This document shows, in pieces, positions 10,125-18,498 of a stretch of DNA of 64,000 bases. The notes under the pieces were generated by a model, which ran no database searches, was not told the origin of the DNA, and worked only from the letters and a program-made list of their open reading frames with translations. Position 1 is the stretch's first letter. Each line of letters begins with the position of its first letter. The translations under genes were made by a program, and so were the position numbers. The stretch covers positions 37,134 to 101,133 of the forward strand of contig CAYUKA010000004.1 in NCBI GenBank assembly GCA_964445195.1. The letters are read 5' to 3'. The DNA comes from an uncultured Micavibrio sp. GTDB taxonomy: Bacteria > Pseudomonadota > Alphaproteobacteria > Micavibrionales > Micavibrionaceae.

Positions 10125-11147
10125 CTAATTTTGGTGCGGCGCCAGGGATGGTGCGCCGGCTTCAGCTGCAGATGTATCATTTGCCGAGATTTCGGGCGGC
10201 GTAACCGGAACAGGATCCCTTTTGTTATAAAAATTATAAATCTGGACAAGCCCCATATAGAAAATATCCCGCTGCTGCGCTGTCACGCCGTGCTCTTCTT
10301 CCAGAATACGGTCCATCATAGGAATAAGCTCGCGGTTATACTCATTACCGTTTGCGACTGAAAAATCATACTCAGCTTCAGAGGGGTCTTTGCCTATTTC
10401 TAAATAAAGAACACGCACCATTTCTTCCAGGCTACGCCGATCTTCCTGATTGAGTCCCAATCCCCGGGCAACACGATTATGCGCCCTTACGCCTAAATCC
10501 ACATAATCGCGTGCGATACGTTCACGAATGGCCGTAAGATCATCACTGTTGAGCGGACGGACTTTAAAAGCGTCTTCGTCAGGATATTGGCGGGCAGCCT
10601 CAGCAATTTTTTCATTGATAACCGCAATAGTTTCGTCATTTTGTTCCAGCCCGCCACTGATAGAGAACCAATGCGCTTTTTCAGCCATGCTCAATATAAA
10701 ATTATACTCTTGCAGAGTCTTGGAACGAAAACGCTTATATACGAAATCATCATAAATTTCCTGAGACAAGCCAATTTCCTGCATAAAATCCTCAGGCGTC
10801 ATCGCGGAATCTTCGGCCAGACTTTCAACCATATGTATAAATCTGGTGGCCTGACGGTCGGAAAATTCAAAATCAATATGAGCCAGATAGTCCCGTAAAA
10901 TGTCTATGGCCGATGTTTTAAATCTTTCAGGATCTGTGTCCGGCATGGGCAAACGGAAATAGGTTTGCTCGCCATCAGCGTCTTCCACCACAATTCTGGC
11001 GAACCTGTCACCCCCATGGCTTGAAGAGCCAGTGCCAAAAGCCTGCGCCATGTCCGGAAGTGCTGTCATCCCCCCCATAGCGGCGGCGGCCGTTACTCCC
11101 AAAGCGGTAAAAAGACCGCGCATACTTTGTCCTGCTGATAAACCCAT
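10125..11147 (-). CDS. exported protein, paralogue of 8886..10115 (no LysM-like tail)
   Basis: GGGAGG SD and a signal-like N-terminus. Blocks shared with its neighbour: MT.EDF...IGL, AEAAR.YPDEDAF, YNFYNKR. Confidence 0.7.
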   Translation of the reverse strand: MGLSAGQSMRGLFTALGVTAAAAMGGMTALPDMAQAFGTGSSSHGGDRFARIVVEDADGEQTYFRLPMPDTDPERFKTSAIDILRDYLAHIDFEFSDRQATRFIHMVESLAEDSAMTPEDFMQEIGLSQEIYDDFVYKRFRSKTLQEYNFILSMAEKAHWFSISGGLEQNDETIAVINEKIAEAARQYPDEDAFKVRPLNSDDLTAIRERIARDYVDLGVRAHNRVARGLGLNQEDRRSLEEMVRVLYLEIGKDPSEAEYDFSVANGNEYNRELIPMMDRILEEEHGVTAQQRDIFYMGLVQIYNFYNKRDPVPVTPPEISANDTSAAEAGAPSLAPHQN

Positions 11148-11258
11148 GTTGCCTCCCTTGGTTTGTCAGAAGAGGGAAGCTTAACAGGTACTTTTCAGAA
11201 GGCAAGCCTTTAACGTAAAAAATTTATTGTTTATCCTTAACGGAAAAACTCTCGCCGC

Positions 11259-11287
11259 TTGACAGAAGCCTGCGGCATTGATATTTA
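11259..11287 (+). promoter_or_regulatory. candidate sigma70-type promoter for the 11316 gene
   Basis: TTGACA (11259..11264), a 17-nt spacer, then TATTTA (11282..11287), about 30 nt upstream of the ATG. Confidence 0.35.
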
Positions 11288-11304
11288 TCGCAAATTGATA
11301 TTTA
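11277..11304 (+). repeat. 11-bp direct repeat ATTGATATTTA x2 (start-to-start 17 bp) overlapping the candidate -10
   Basis: Exact copies at 11277..11287 and 11294..11304. Confidence 0.6.
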
Positions 11305-11315
11305 GAGAGATTCCA

Positions 11316-11678
11316 ATGAAAATACTTTCAGCTAAGCACTTTAGTATAGCCGCCGGCCTTGCAATAAGCTTATTGGCCGCAACACCCGCTGTCGCAGAGT
11401 CAGAGCCGTCTCCACAAGATCAAACGGTTGCCAGTCTGATTGAGGCGTTCAATCGCATAAACCGCGAACTTTCAGGTCATGACTTAGGGCAGGACCAACA
11501 GGAAAAATGGGGCCGCCTGTTACCGTTGTATATTGGTACCCTGACGGAATTTGAAGAAGGTCAATGCTCGACGATTACTATGCAGCTGAACAACACAATC
11601 CCCAAATATGACGCCAACCTTTGTAAACAAGATGGCGTTATCGTCATTGGCCCTGAAGGCGTTGAGCCGAAACTGTAA
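11316..11678 (+). CDS. small exported hypothetical protein (120 aa)
   Basis: ATG 11316 is followed by a signal peptide (MKILSAKHFSIAAGLAISLLAATPAVA). The upstream ORF extension is just the promoter TTGACA read as a TTG start. Confidence 0.55.
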   Translation: MKILSAKHFSIAAGLAISLLAATPAVAESEPSPQDQTVASLIEAFNRINRELSGHDLGQDQQEKWGRLLPLYIGTLTEFEEGQCSTITMQLNNTIPKYDANLCKQDGVIVIGPEGVEPKL

Positions 11679-11691
11679 TAAAAAACGCTGA

Positions 11692-12027
11692 CTATTCTTT
11701 TTCTGGTTTGACGCTGAAGCTCTCGCCGCAGCCGCACATATTCTCGGCGTTTGGGTTATTGAAAACAAATGTCGCCGCCAGGTCGTCCTGTTTGTAATCC
11801 ACCTCTATGCCAAGGATAAACAGGATATGCGCCTTCGGCACATACAGCACAGCGCCATTATGCTCGAATTTATCGTCGTCCGCGCTTTCCTCCAGCACAT
11901 GCTCCATCTTGTAACTATGCCCGGAACAGCCGGTATTGGTTACGGACAGGCGCACGCCTAGCGCCTCCGGGTTCATCGCCGTGCGTTTTTTAAGCTCATC
12001 CGCCGCTATATCGGTAATCGTCAGCAT
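11692..12027 (-). CDS. sufA: Fe-S cluster insertion protein (A-type carrier, SufA/IscA/ErpA family)
   Basis: GCSGHSY...NPNAENMCGCGESF is the conserved three-Cys signature. It is the last gene of the suf operon. Confidence 0.9.
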   Translation of the reverse strand: MLTITDIAADELKKRTAMNPEALGVRLSVTNTGCSGHSYKMEHVLEESADDDKFEHNGAVLYVPKAHILFILGIEVDYKQDDLAATFVFNNPNAENMCGCGESFSVKPEKE

Positions 12028-12029
12028 CG

Positions 12030-12437
12030 TCAGGCCGCCTTCTCTAATACCTGCAAAGCCGTGCTAGCGATATCCTCGTCCTGGTCGGGCGCGCCGCCGC
12101 CAATGCCAATGGCGCCGATAACATCAGTACCGGACACAATCGGTACACCGCCTGTCGTCGGCAGGGCCTGCCCCTGAAGAACGCCGGTCACTTCCGTCCA
12201 GAACGGGTTCGCGTCACGCATTTTGACCAGCTCGGATGTCGGTTTGCCGAAGGCGGCAGCGGCCACAGCCTTGGCCTGGGACGTATCTGTTGTAAAAAAC
12301 CCAGCGCCATCGTCACGCAAGGTCAGAACGAGGCGACCCGACCGATCCACAATCGACACGGACACCTTGATTCCCAACTCGCGCGCTCTTGCCAGCGCGC
12401 GATTAGCCATAAGTTGTGCATTTTCCAAATCCAGCAT
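12030..12437 (-). CDS. GlcG/HbpS-like (DUF336) haem-binding family protein
   Basis: VSVSIVDRSGRLV...TSQAKAVAAAAFG...GGVPIV..G.VIGAIGIGGG..DQDE. ATG 12437 is preceded by a GAGGTG SD. Confidence 0.8.
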   Translation of the reverse strand: MLDLENAQLMANRALARARELGIKVSVSIVDRSGRLVLTLRDDGAGFFTTDTSQAKAVAAAAFGKPTSELVKMRDANPFWTEVTGVLQGQALPTTGGVPIVSGTDVIGAIGIGGGAPDQDEDIASTALQVLEKAA

Positions 12438-12445
12438 TGAACACC

Positions 12446-12865
12446 TCACATAAACATATTCAGTTGCAGTTTGGCGGTTTCAGCCATCATTGACGGGTCC
12501 CAGGGTGGGTCCCAGACAATATCGACATCAACCTCGCCAACACCGTCAACCGGGAACAGAGCGCCCTGAACCATACCCGGCATTTCCTGCGCCACCGGGC
12601 AGCCCGGCGAGGTCAGGGTCATCTCGACATACAGATCGTACTGCCCGTCTTTGGCCTCAGTAATTTCGATCTTGTAGATCAGCCCCAGCTCAAAGATGTT
12701 CACCGGGATTTCCGGGTCGTAAACTTCGCGCAGCGCCTTATCAAGCGCCGGCCATAATTTATGATCATGCGGCACCTCGGCATTCGGCGGCGCGGCGAGC
12801 TCGTCATACTCCTCCGTGCTCATCGAATCCTTTAGCATCTGTTCGCTGGCGATATGTTCCATCAT
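12446..12865 (-). CDS. sufT: SUF-system DUF59 protein (SufT/PaaD-like)
   Basis: VYDPEIPVNIFELGLIY...TLTSPGCP motif. Its ATGA overlaps the sufS stop. Confidence 0.85.
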   Translation of the reverse strand: MMEHIASEQMLKDSMSTEEYDELAAPPNAEVPHDHKLWPALDKALREVYDPEIPVNIFELGLIYKIEITEAKDGQYDLYVEMTLTSPGCPVAQEMPGMVQGALFPVDGVGEVDVDIVWDPPWDPSMMAETAKLQLNMFM

Positions 12866-14106
12866 CAGTTCTCCAGCAGCCCCCGCGCCTTTTCCAGCCC
12901 GGCGGCGAGGCGGTCAATATCATCGCGGTTCGAGTACAGCCCAAACGAGGCGCGTACGGTCGCGTCGACCCCGAACCGCTTCATCACAGGCTGGCAGCAA
13001 TGATGCCCCGTACGCACCGCCACGCCGCACTGGTCGAGAATCATGCCGATATCGCTGGCATGCCCCCAGCTGGCGGTGAAAGACAGGATACCGGCCTTGT
13101 CCGGTCCCGTACCGTAAAAGGTCAGCCCCGGCACGTCCGCCAGCCGCTCCATCGCATAGGCCAGCAAGTCGGCCTCATGCGCCATGATCTCATCCATACC
13201 GATCGCCTTGACATAGGCAATCGCCGCGCCCAGTCCAATGGCCTCGACAATCGCGGGCGTGCCGGCCTCAAACCGCGCCGGTGGCGGCTTATAGGTCACA
13301 TGGTCGAAGCCGGCCGTTTCGATCATATCGCCGCCGCCTTGGTAAGGCGGCATCGCCTCAAGCCATTCATACCGCCCCCACAGCACACCGATGCCGGTCG
13401 GACCGTACAGCTTATGACCGGTAAAGACATAAAAGTCACAATCAAGATCACGGACATCGACACGGCTGTGAACAACGGCCTGCGAGCCATCAATCAGAAC
13501 TTTAATTTCCGGATAAAAGTCGCGCGCTATCCCTATGATTTTTTTTATATCATTGACTATACCCAGTGCATTTGAAATATGCACAAGACTGATGAACCTG
13601 GTTTTATGGGTCAGCAGCGTTTCAAACGCCTCAAGGTCCAGCGTGCCGTCATCCAGCAGCGGAACAACCTTGATCACAATCCCTGTCTGTTCCCGCAGGA
13701 TATGCCACGGCACGATATTGGCGTGATGCTCCATCTCGCTGAGGATGATTTCATCACCGTCCCGCAGGAACGTCCGCGCCCAGCTCTGGGCGACAAGGTT
13801 AATCGCCTCGGTCGTGTTACGGGTGAAGACAATTTCCTGCGCTGACGGCGCGCCAATAAAGCCTGCGACAATCTCGCGCACAGCTTCATAATTCTCAGTT
13901 GTTACATAAGAAAACCTATATAAGCCCCTATGAATATTAGCATAATTAGATTCATAAACTTCTGTCATAGAATCAAGAACGGCGCGCGGCTTTTGCGCGC
14001 TGGCAGCGCTGTCGAGATACGCCACCCCGCTCTCGCGCAGGATCGGGAAATCGGCCCGGCACTCTGCTATATCAAACCGCTCTTTTGCCACGCTCAGCCC
14101 AGCCAC
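12865..14106 (-). CDS. sufS: cysteine desulfurase, SufS subfamily
   Basis: The class V aminotransferase layout, HISNALG, FTGHKLYGPTGIG (PLP Lys) and RTGHHCCQP active-site Cys loop are all present. Confidence 0.95.
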   Translation of the reverse strand: MAGLSVAKERFDIAECRADFPILRESGVAYLDSAASAQKPRAVLDSMTEVYESNYANIHRGLYRFSYVTTENYEAVREIVAGFIGAPSAQEIVFTRNTTEAINLVAQSWARTFLRDGDEIILSEMEHHANIVPWHILREQTGIVIKVVPLLDDGTLDLEAFETLLTHKTRFISLVHISNALGIVNDIKKIIGIARDFYPEIKVLIDGSQAVVHSRVDVRDLDCDFYVFTGHKLYGPTGIGVLWGRYEWLEAMPPYQGGGDMIETAGFDHVTYKPPPARFEAGTPAIVEAIGLGAAIAYVKAIGMDEIMAHEADLLAYAMERLADVPGLTFYGTGPDKAGILSFTASWGHASDIGMILDQCGVAVRTGHHCCQPVMKRFGVDATVRASFGLYSNRDDIDRLAAGLEKARGLLEN

Positions 14107-15347
14107 TTATTCACCTTATGCAACACGTCGTTTTTCACAGACTCATCCGCAAGCTCATCCACAACCTCGCCGATAAACGCCTCAATCAGCAATGCCCGCG
14201 CTTCGTCTTCGGAAAGGCCGCGGTTCCGCATATAAAACAGCGGCCCGTCATCCAGCTTGCCCGTCGTCGCGCCGTGCGAGCATTTGACCTCATCGGCGTA
14301 AATCTCAAGCTCCGGCTTGGTGTCCATCTCCGCGCCTTCCGAGAGAATCAGCGCGTTTGAAAGCTGGTAACCGTCGGTCTGGTCCGCGCCTTCATGGACG
14401 TAAACCTTGCCCTGGAACACCCCGCGCGCCTGATCATCAAGGACAGTGCGCACAAGCTGGTTCGAAGTACCGTGCCTGACCCGGTGCTCGACTTCGGCGG
14501 CAATCTCGCCATGCTGGCTGCCGCGCAGCAATGATGCGGCGGACAGGTTACAGGCCGCGTTCTCGCCCAGAAGCTCGGCATGCACCTGCTGACGGCTCAG
14601 CGCCGTGCCGGTGGTAAAATAGAACCCCTCATACGTGCCGTCCCGCTGGATCTGTATGTGCGTGTTGCCCGTATTCACGGCCTCATGTGAATCCTCGCAA
14701 AGCCTGTAGTGGCGCAGCCTGGCATTCGGGCCGACAATAATCTGCGCCACACTGTTGCGCCAGAAATAACCCTCACCGGTGTATGTTTCGATAACCGTCA
14801 TTTCAACGCCTTCATCAAGACGAATCACCAGCCGCGGGCAGTAAAATTCGCCGGCCGCCCCGCCATGCTCAATACGCACCGGCTGCGCTATATCGTGGTG
14901 CGTTTTCGCATCAATCACCAGTCCGTCCTGCAGGAAGCCGTTCGCCAAATGCCATAACATCATGTCATGGTAGCGTTCCTCGGCCACCGGGCGTCGCGCC
15001 AGCAAGTGAGACAACCATTCCGGTGTTTTTTCAGAGAGTTGCGGGAGGCTACGTACAAGCTTATCCCCTGCTTTGTACACAGACTCCGACTCATGATATG
15101 CCAGCGCCACGTTTTTCAGCAGCGGCGACAGGTTTGTATATTTCCAGCGCTCCAGCTTCGGCGTTGGTAAACCATTAGCCAGTAAGGCGTCCTGACCGGC
15201 ACGGCGCACGTCGTCCAGCCACGGCGCGGGCGCCGGCGGCAGACTGCCAAAATCAAAGCCGGACGCAGTCCCGGGCTTATAGCGCCGCGCCGCCGGCATG
15301 CGTATAACGGGAGAAGCAACGGGTTTCAACGGAGCAGTGACTGTCAT
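14094..15347 (-). CDS. sufD: Fe-S cluster assembly protein SufD
   Basis: C-terminal PELEIYADEVKCSHGATTG..D...LFY...RGL block. It lies between sufC and sufS. Confidence 0.9.
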   Translation of the reverse strand: MTVTAPLKPVASPVIRMPAARRYKPGTASGFDFGSLPPAPAPWLDDVRRAGQDALLANGLPTPKLERWKYTNLSPLLKNVALAYHESESVYKAGDKLVRSLPQLSEKTPEWLSHLLARRPVAEERYHDMMLWHLANGFLQDGLVIDAKTHHDIAQPVRIEHGGAAGEFYCPRLVIRLDEGVEMTVIETYTGEGYFWRNSVAQIIVGPNARLRHYRLCEDSHEAVNTGNTHIQIQRDGTYEGFYFTTGTALSRQQVHAELLGENAACNLSAASLLRGSQHGEIAAEVEHRVRHGTSNQLVRTVLDDQARGVFQGKVYVHEGADQTDGYQLSNALILSEGAEMDTKPELEIYADEVKCSHGATTGKLDDGPLFYMRNRGLSEDEARALLIEAFIGEVVDELADESVKNDVLHKVNKWLG

Positions 15348-15359
15348 GATCGTTCCTCT

Positions 15360-16106
15360 TTACGCCGCGTCGACAAAGCCGGCATAGCCGTCTTTTTCCA
15401 GTTCCAGCGCCAGCTCCGGGCCGCCGGATTTAACGATCCGGCCGTTCGCGAGCACATGGACGAAATCCGGCTTCACGTAATCCAAAAGGCGCTGGTAATG
15501 GGTGATCACCAGGAAGGTCCGCTCCGGGCCGCGCAGCTGATTGATGCCCTCGGCGACAACGCGCAGCGCGTCAATATCAAGCCCGCTGTCGGTTTCATCC
15601 ATCACCGCAAAGACCGGCTCCAGCAGCGTCATCTGCAAAACCTCGTTCCGCTTCTTCTCGCCGCCCGAGGCGCCGAAATTGACCGGGCGCTTGAGCATCT
15701 CTTCACTAACGCCCAGCGCTTTCATCTTGCTTTTTGCCAGCTTGAGAAAATCAAGCGCGTCAAGCTCCTCCTGCCCCCGCTGTTTGCGCAGCGCATTCAG
15801 GGCCGTACGCAGGAAATTGCTCATCTGCACGCCCGGAATCTCGACCGGGTACTGGAACGCCAGAAACAACCCGGCGGCGGCGCGCTCCTCCGGCTCCATC
15901 TCCAGCAGATCCTCGCCGTTGAACGTCACGCTGCCATCACTGACCTCATAACCGTCGCGGCCGCCGAGAACGTAGGACAGGGTCGATTTGCCCGACCCGT
16001 TCGGCCCCATAATCGCATGGACCTCGCCCTTGCCTAGCGACAGGTCAATGCCCTTGAGAATATCCTTACCGTCCACAGCGGCATGTAAGTTCTTAATGTC
16101 GATCAT
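15360..16106 (-). CDS. sufC: Fe-S cluster assembly ATPase SufC
   Basis: Walker A GPNGSGKST, ABC signature-like GASGGEKKR, and Walker B FAVMDETDSGLD. Confidence 0.95.
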   Translation of the reverse strand: MIDIKNLHAAVDGKDILKGIDLSLGKGEVHAIMGPNGSGKSTLSYVLGGRDGYEVSDGSVTFNGEDLLEMEPEERAAAGLFLAFQYPVEIPGVQMSNFLRTALNALRKQRGQEELDALDFLKLAKSKMKALGVSEEMLKRPVNFGASGGEKKRNEVLQMTLLEPVFAVMDETDSGLDIDALRVVAEGINQLRGPERTFLVITHYQRLLDYVKPDFVHVLANGRIVKSGGPELALELEKDGYAGFVDAA

Positions 16107-16222
16107 TGTTTACTTTCCTTTACCGTCATGAGGCAGCTTGTTCGCGTAGCCCATTCACTTTATTCCAAAGATCCGTCCAGTCCGGATTATCTTGTTCAAT
16201 CAAGTTAACTTTCCACTGCCAT

Positions 16223-16396
16223 GGATTGCACAGACAAGCCGTGCAATGACGGTTGAGAGGCGTTTTCAATCTTGATCATTTGCCCAGCACCCTCCTCCAA
16301 ATGACCCAAAAACGTCATTGCGAGCAAAGCGAAGCAATCCAGACTCGTATCTAACATGGCATGGATTGCCGCGTCACTACGCTCCTCGCAATGACG
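16223..16396. repeat. three copies of a small palindromic repeat unit (GGATTGC...GCAATGACG) in the sufB-sufC spacer
   Basis: Units at 16223..16251, 16313..16340 (inverted) and 16364..16396. Units 2 and 3 form a larger inverted repeat with 12-bp perfect ends (CGTCATTGCGAG / CTCGCAATGACG). Confidence 0.75.
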
Positions 16397-16407
16397 AATG
16401 TGATGTC

Positions 16408-17862
16408 TCATCCTACACTCCCCTCCAGGCTAATACCCACCAGCTTCTGCGCCTCGACGGCGAATTCCATCGGCAGGTGCTGCATCACTTCGCGGCAGAA
16501 GCCGTTAACGATCAGCGCCACAGCCTCTTCTTCATCCAGCCCACGCTGCAGGCAGTAAAAAAGCTGGTCTTCGCCGATCCGGCTGGTCGTCGCCTCGTGC
16601 TCCAGCATCGCGCCGGGATTGCGGCTCTCGATATAAGGCACCGTATGCGCACCGCAGGTCTTGCCAATGAGCAGCGAGTCGCACTGGGTAAAGTTCCGGG
16701 CCCCTTCGGCCTTCGGCATAATCTTGACCACGCCGCGATAGGTCTGGTCAGAGCGCCCGGCGCTGATGCCCTTGGCGATGATCCGGCTTTTGGTGTTGCG
16801 GCCGATATGGATCATCTTGGTGCCGGTATCGGCCTGCTGGCGGTTATTGGTGATCGCGACCGAATAAAATTCACCCACAGAGTTATCCCCTTTCAGGATG
16901 CAGGACGGATATTTCCATGTGATCGCCGATCCGGTTTCCACCTGCGTCCAGCTGATCTTGCTGTTCCGGCCTTCGCAGATACCGCGCTTGGTCACGAAAT
17001 TGTAAATTCCGCCCTTGCCGTCTTCATCGCCCGGATACCAGTTCTGCACGGTCGAGTACTTGATCTCGGCATCGTCATGGGCAATCAATTCCACCACCGC
17101 GGCGTGAAGCTGGTTTTCATCGCGCATCGGTGCGGTGCAGCCCTCAAGGTACGACACGTACGCGCCTTTATCGGCGATAATCAGCGTCCGCTCAAACTGG
17201 CCGGTATTCAGCTCGTTAATCCGGAAGTAGGTCGACAGCTCCATCGGGCAGCGCACCCCCGGCGGCACGTACACAAACGAACCGTCGGTAAAGACCGCAC
17301 TGTTCAGACAGGCGTGCTTGTTATCATGGTACGGCACCACCGTGCCGAGATATTTTTTCACCAGTTCCGGGTGCTTTTGTACCGCTTCACTTATAGAACA
17401 AAAGATTACACCGGCTTCTTCAAGTGTTTTCTTAAAGGTGGTCGCCACCGAGACGGAATCAAACACCGCGTCAACGGCCACGCCCGCCAGCATTTCCTGC
17501 TCCCGCAACGGAATACCCAGCTTTTCATAGGTTTCCAGCAGCTTCGGATCAACCTCGTCCAATGACTTGGGCCGGTCCTCAAACGATTTCGGGGCTGCGT
17601 AATAGTGGTATTGCTGGTAATCAATCGGCGGGAAATCAACCTTGGCCCAGTCGGGCTCCGGCATTTCAAGCCAGCGCTGATAAGCTTTCAGCCGCCATTC
17701 AAGCAGCCATTCCGGCTCTTCTTTCTTCGCCGAGATAAAACGGATGATGTCCTCGTTCAGGCCCTTGGGCGCTTTTTCAACCTCAATATCCGTGACAAAG
17801 CCTGCTTTGTAGGAGCCAAGCTCTGCAACCTGACGAATCGTATCTTCAGCAATATCACTCAT
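16408..17862 (-). CDS. sufB: Fe-S cluster assembly scaffold SufB
   Basis: 484 aa with the highly conserved SufB blocks [23 protein letters not shown] and [15 protein letters not shown]...RGL. Confidence 0.95.
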   Translation of the reverse strand: MSDIAEDTIRQVAELGSYKAGFVTDIEVEKAPKGLNEDIIRFISAKKEEPEWLLEWRLKAYQRWLEMPEPDWAKVDFPPIDYQQYHYYAAPKSFEDRPKSLDEVDPKLLETYEKLGIPLREQEMLAGVAVDAVFDSVSVATTFKKTLEEAGVIFCSISEAVQKHPELVKKYLGTVVPYHDNKHACLNSAVFTDGSFVYVPPGVRCPMELSTYFRINELNTGQFERTLIIADKGAYVSYLEGCTAPMRDENQLHAAVVELIAHDDAEIKYSTVQNWYPGDEDGKGGIYNFVTKRGICEGRNSKISWTQVETGSAITWKYPSCILKGDNSVGEFYSVAITNNRQQADTGTKMIHIGRNTKSRIIAKGISAGRSDQTYRGVVKIMPKAEGARNFTQCDSLLIGKTCGAHTVPYIESRNPGAMLEHEATTSRIGEDQLFYCLQRGLDEEEAVALIVNGFCREVMQHLPMEFAVEAQKLVGISLEGSVG

Positions 17863-18316
17863 AGGCTCTTACACTTTCTTCTTCTGCATGGCTTTTAACG
17901 GTTTTGGCGGCTGCCGGCGGCAAAATATCGGCCAGCGTCACATTTTCCAGCGCTGTTTTAATCGCGGCATTCACAACGTTCCAGCGCCCGTTCATCGCGC
18001 ACAGTCCCTGAATGGCGCATTGCTCGTCGCTGCCGTCAACGCACGATGTCAGGGCGATCGGCCCCTCCATGACGGTAATAATCTCGCTTACCCTGATCTC
18101 GTGCGGCTGTTTATGCAGGGCATAGCCGCCCTTTGCACCCCGCACCGACGTCAGGATATCGCCGCGCGCCAGTATCTTCAGAACCTTTGCCACTGTCGGC
18201 TCCGGCAGGGCCGTACGCGCCGCAAGATCCGCAGCGCTGTATCGCTCGTCGTTGGCATTCACGAGCGCCGCCAGAATAACCACGGCATAATCTGTGAGCT
18301 TTGATAACTTAATCAT
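17855..18316 (-). CDS. Rrf2-family transcriptional regulator (IscR/RirA-like) heading the suf operon
   Basis: [15 protein letters not shown]..., a wHTH ([27 protein letters not shown]), and a Cys cluster (C..DGSDEQC...GLC). Confidence 0.85.
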   Translation of the reverse strand: MIKLSKLTDYAVVILAALVNANDERYSAADLAARTALPEPTVAKVLKILARGDILTSVRGAKGGYALHKQPHEIRVSEIITVMEGPIALTSCVDGSDEQCAIQGLCAMNGRWNVVNAAIKTALENVTLADILPPAAAKTVKSHAEEESVRAYE

Positions 18317-18325
18317 TTTTAAAAC

Positions 18326-18340
18326 GTACTATTTCAGTAC
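18326..18340. promoter_or_regulatory. candidate operator, inverted repeat GTACT-N5-AGTAC
   Basis: gtactatttcagtac lies 10 nt upstream of the Rrf2 regulator start codon. Confidence 0.3.
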
Positions 18341-18400
18341 CCATTAAATGTCATTATATGCCCTGCGTTTCAAGTCTTTTTACAGACATTCATATAATTA

Positions 18401-18415
18401 GTACTAAAATTGTAC
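18401..18415. promoter_or_regulatory. second related site, GTACT-N5-TGTAC
   Basis: gtactaaaattgtac shares GTACTA....GTAC with the first site and sits in the same divergent promoter region. Confidence 0.3.
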
Positions 18416-18498
18416 CATATATGGAAAAGTTTTGGAATATCATGTCATTCGTTTAAGCTTGTAGGCAGATAGAATCACTTCTCCGGTCCGCCAATCCT

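Noticed and set aside
16205-16411. 68-aa minus-strand ORF between sufB and sufC
   Set aside because: It is composed almost entirely of the three palindromic repeat units (..HCEERSDAAIH..DCFALLAMT..), overlaps the sufB stop, and has no SD. It is a translation artefact of a repeat element.
16318-17565. 415-aa plus-strand ORF
   Set aside because: It is antisense to the unmistakable sufB. Its N-terminus is a translation of the palindromic repeat (RAKRSNP). Shadow ORF.
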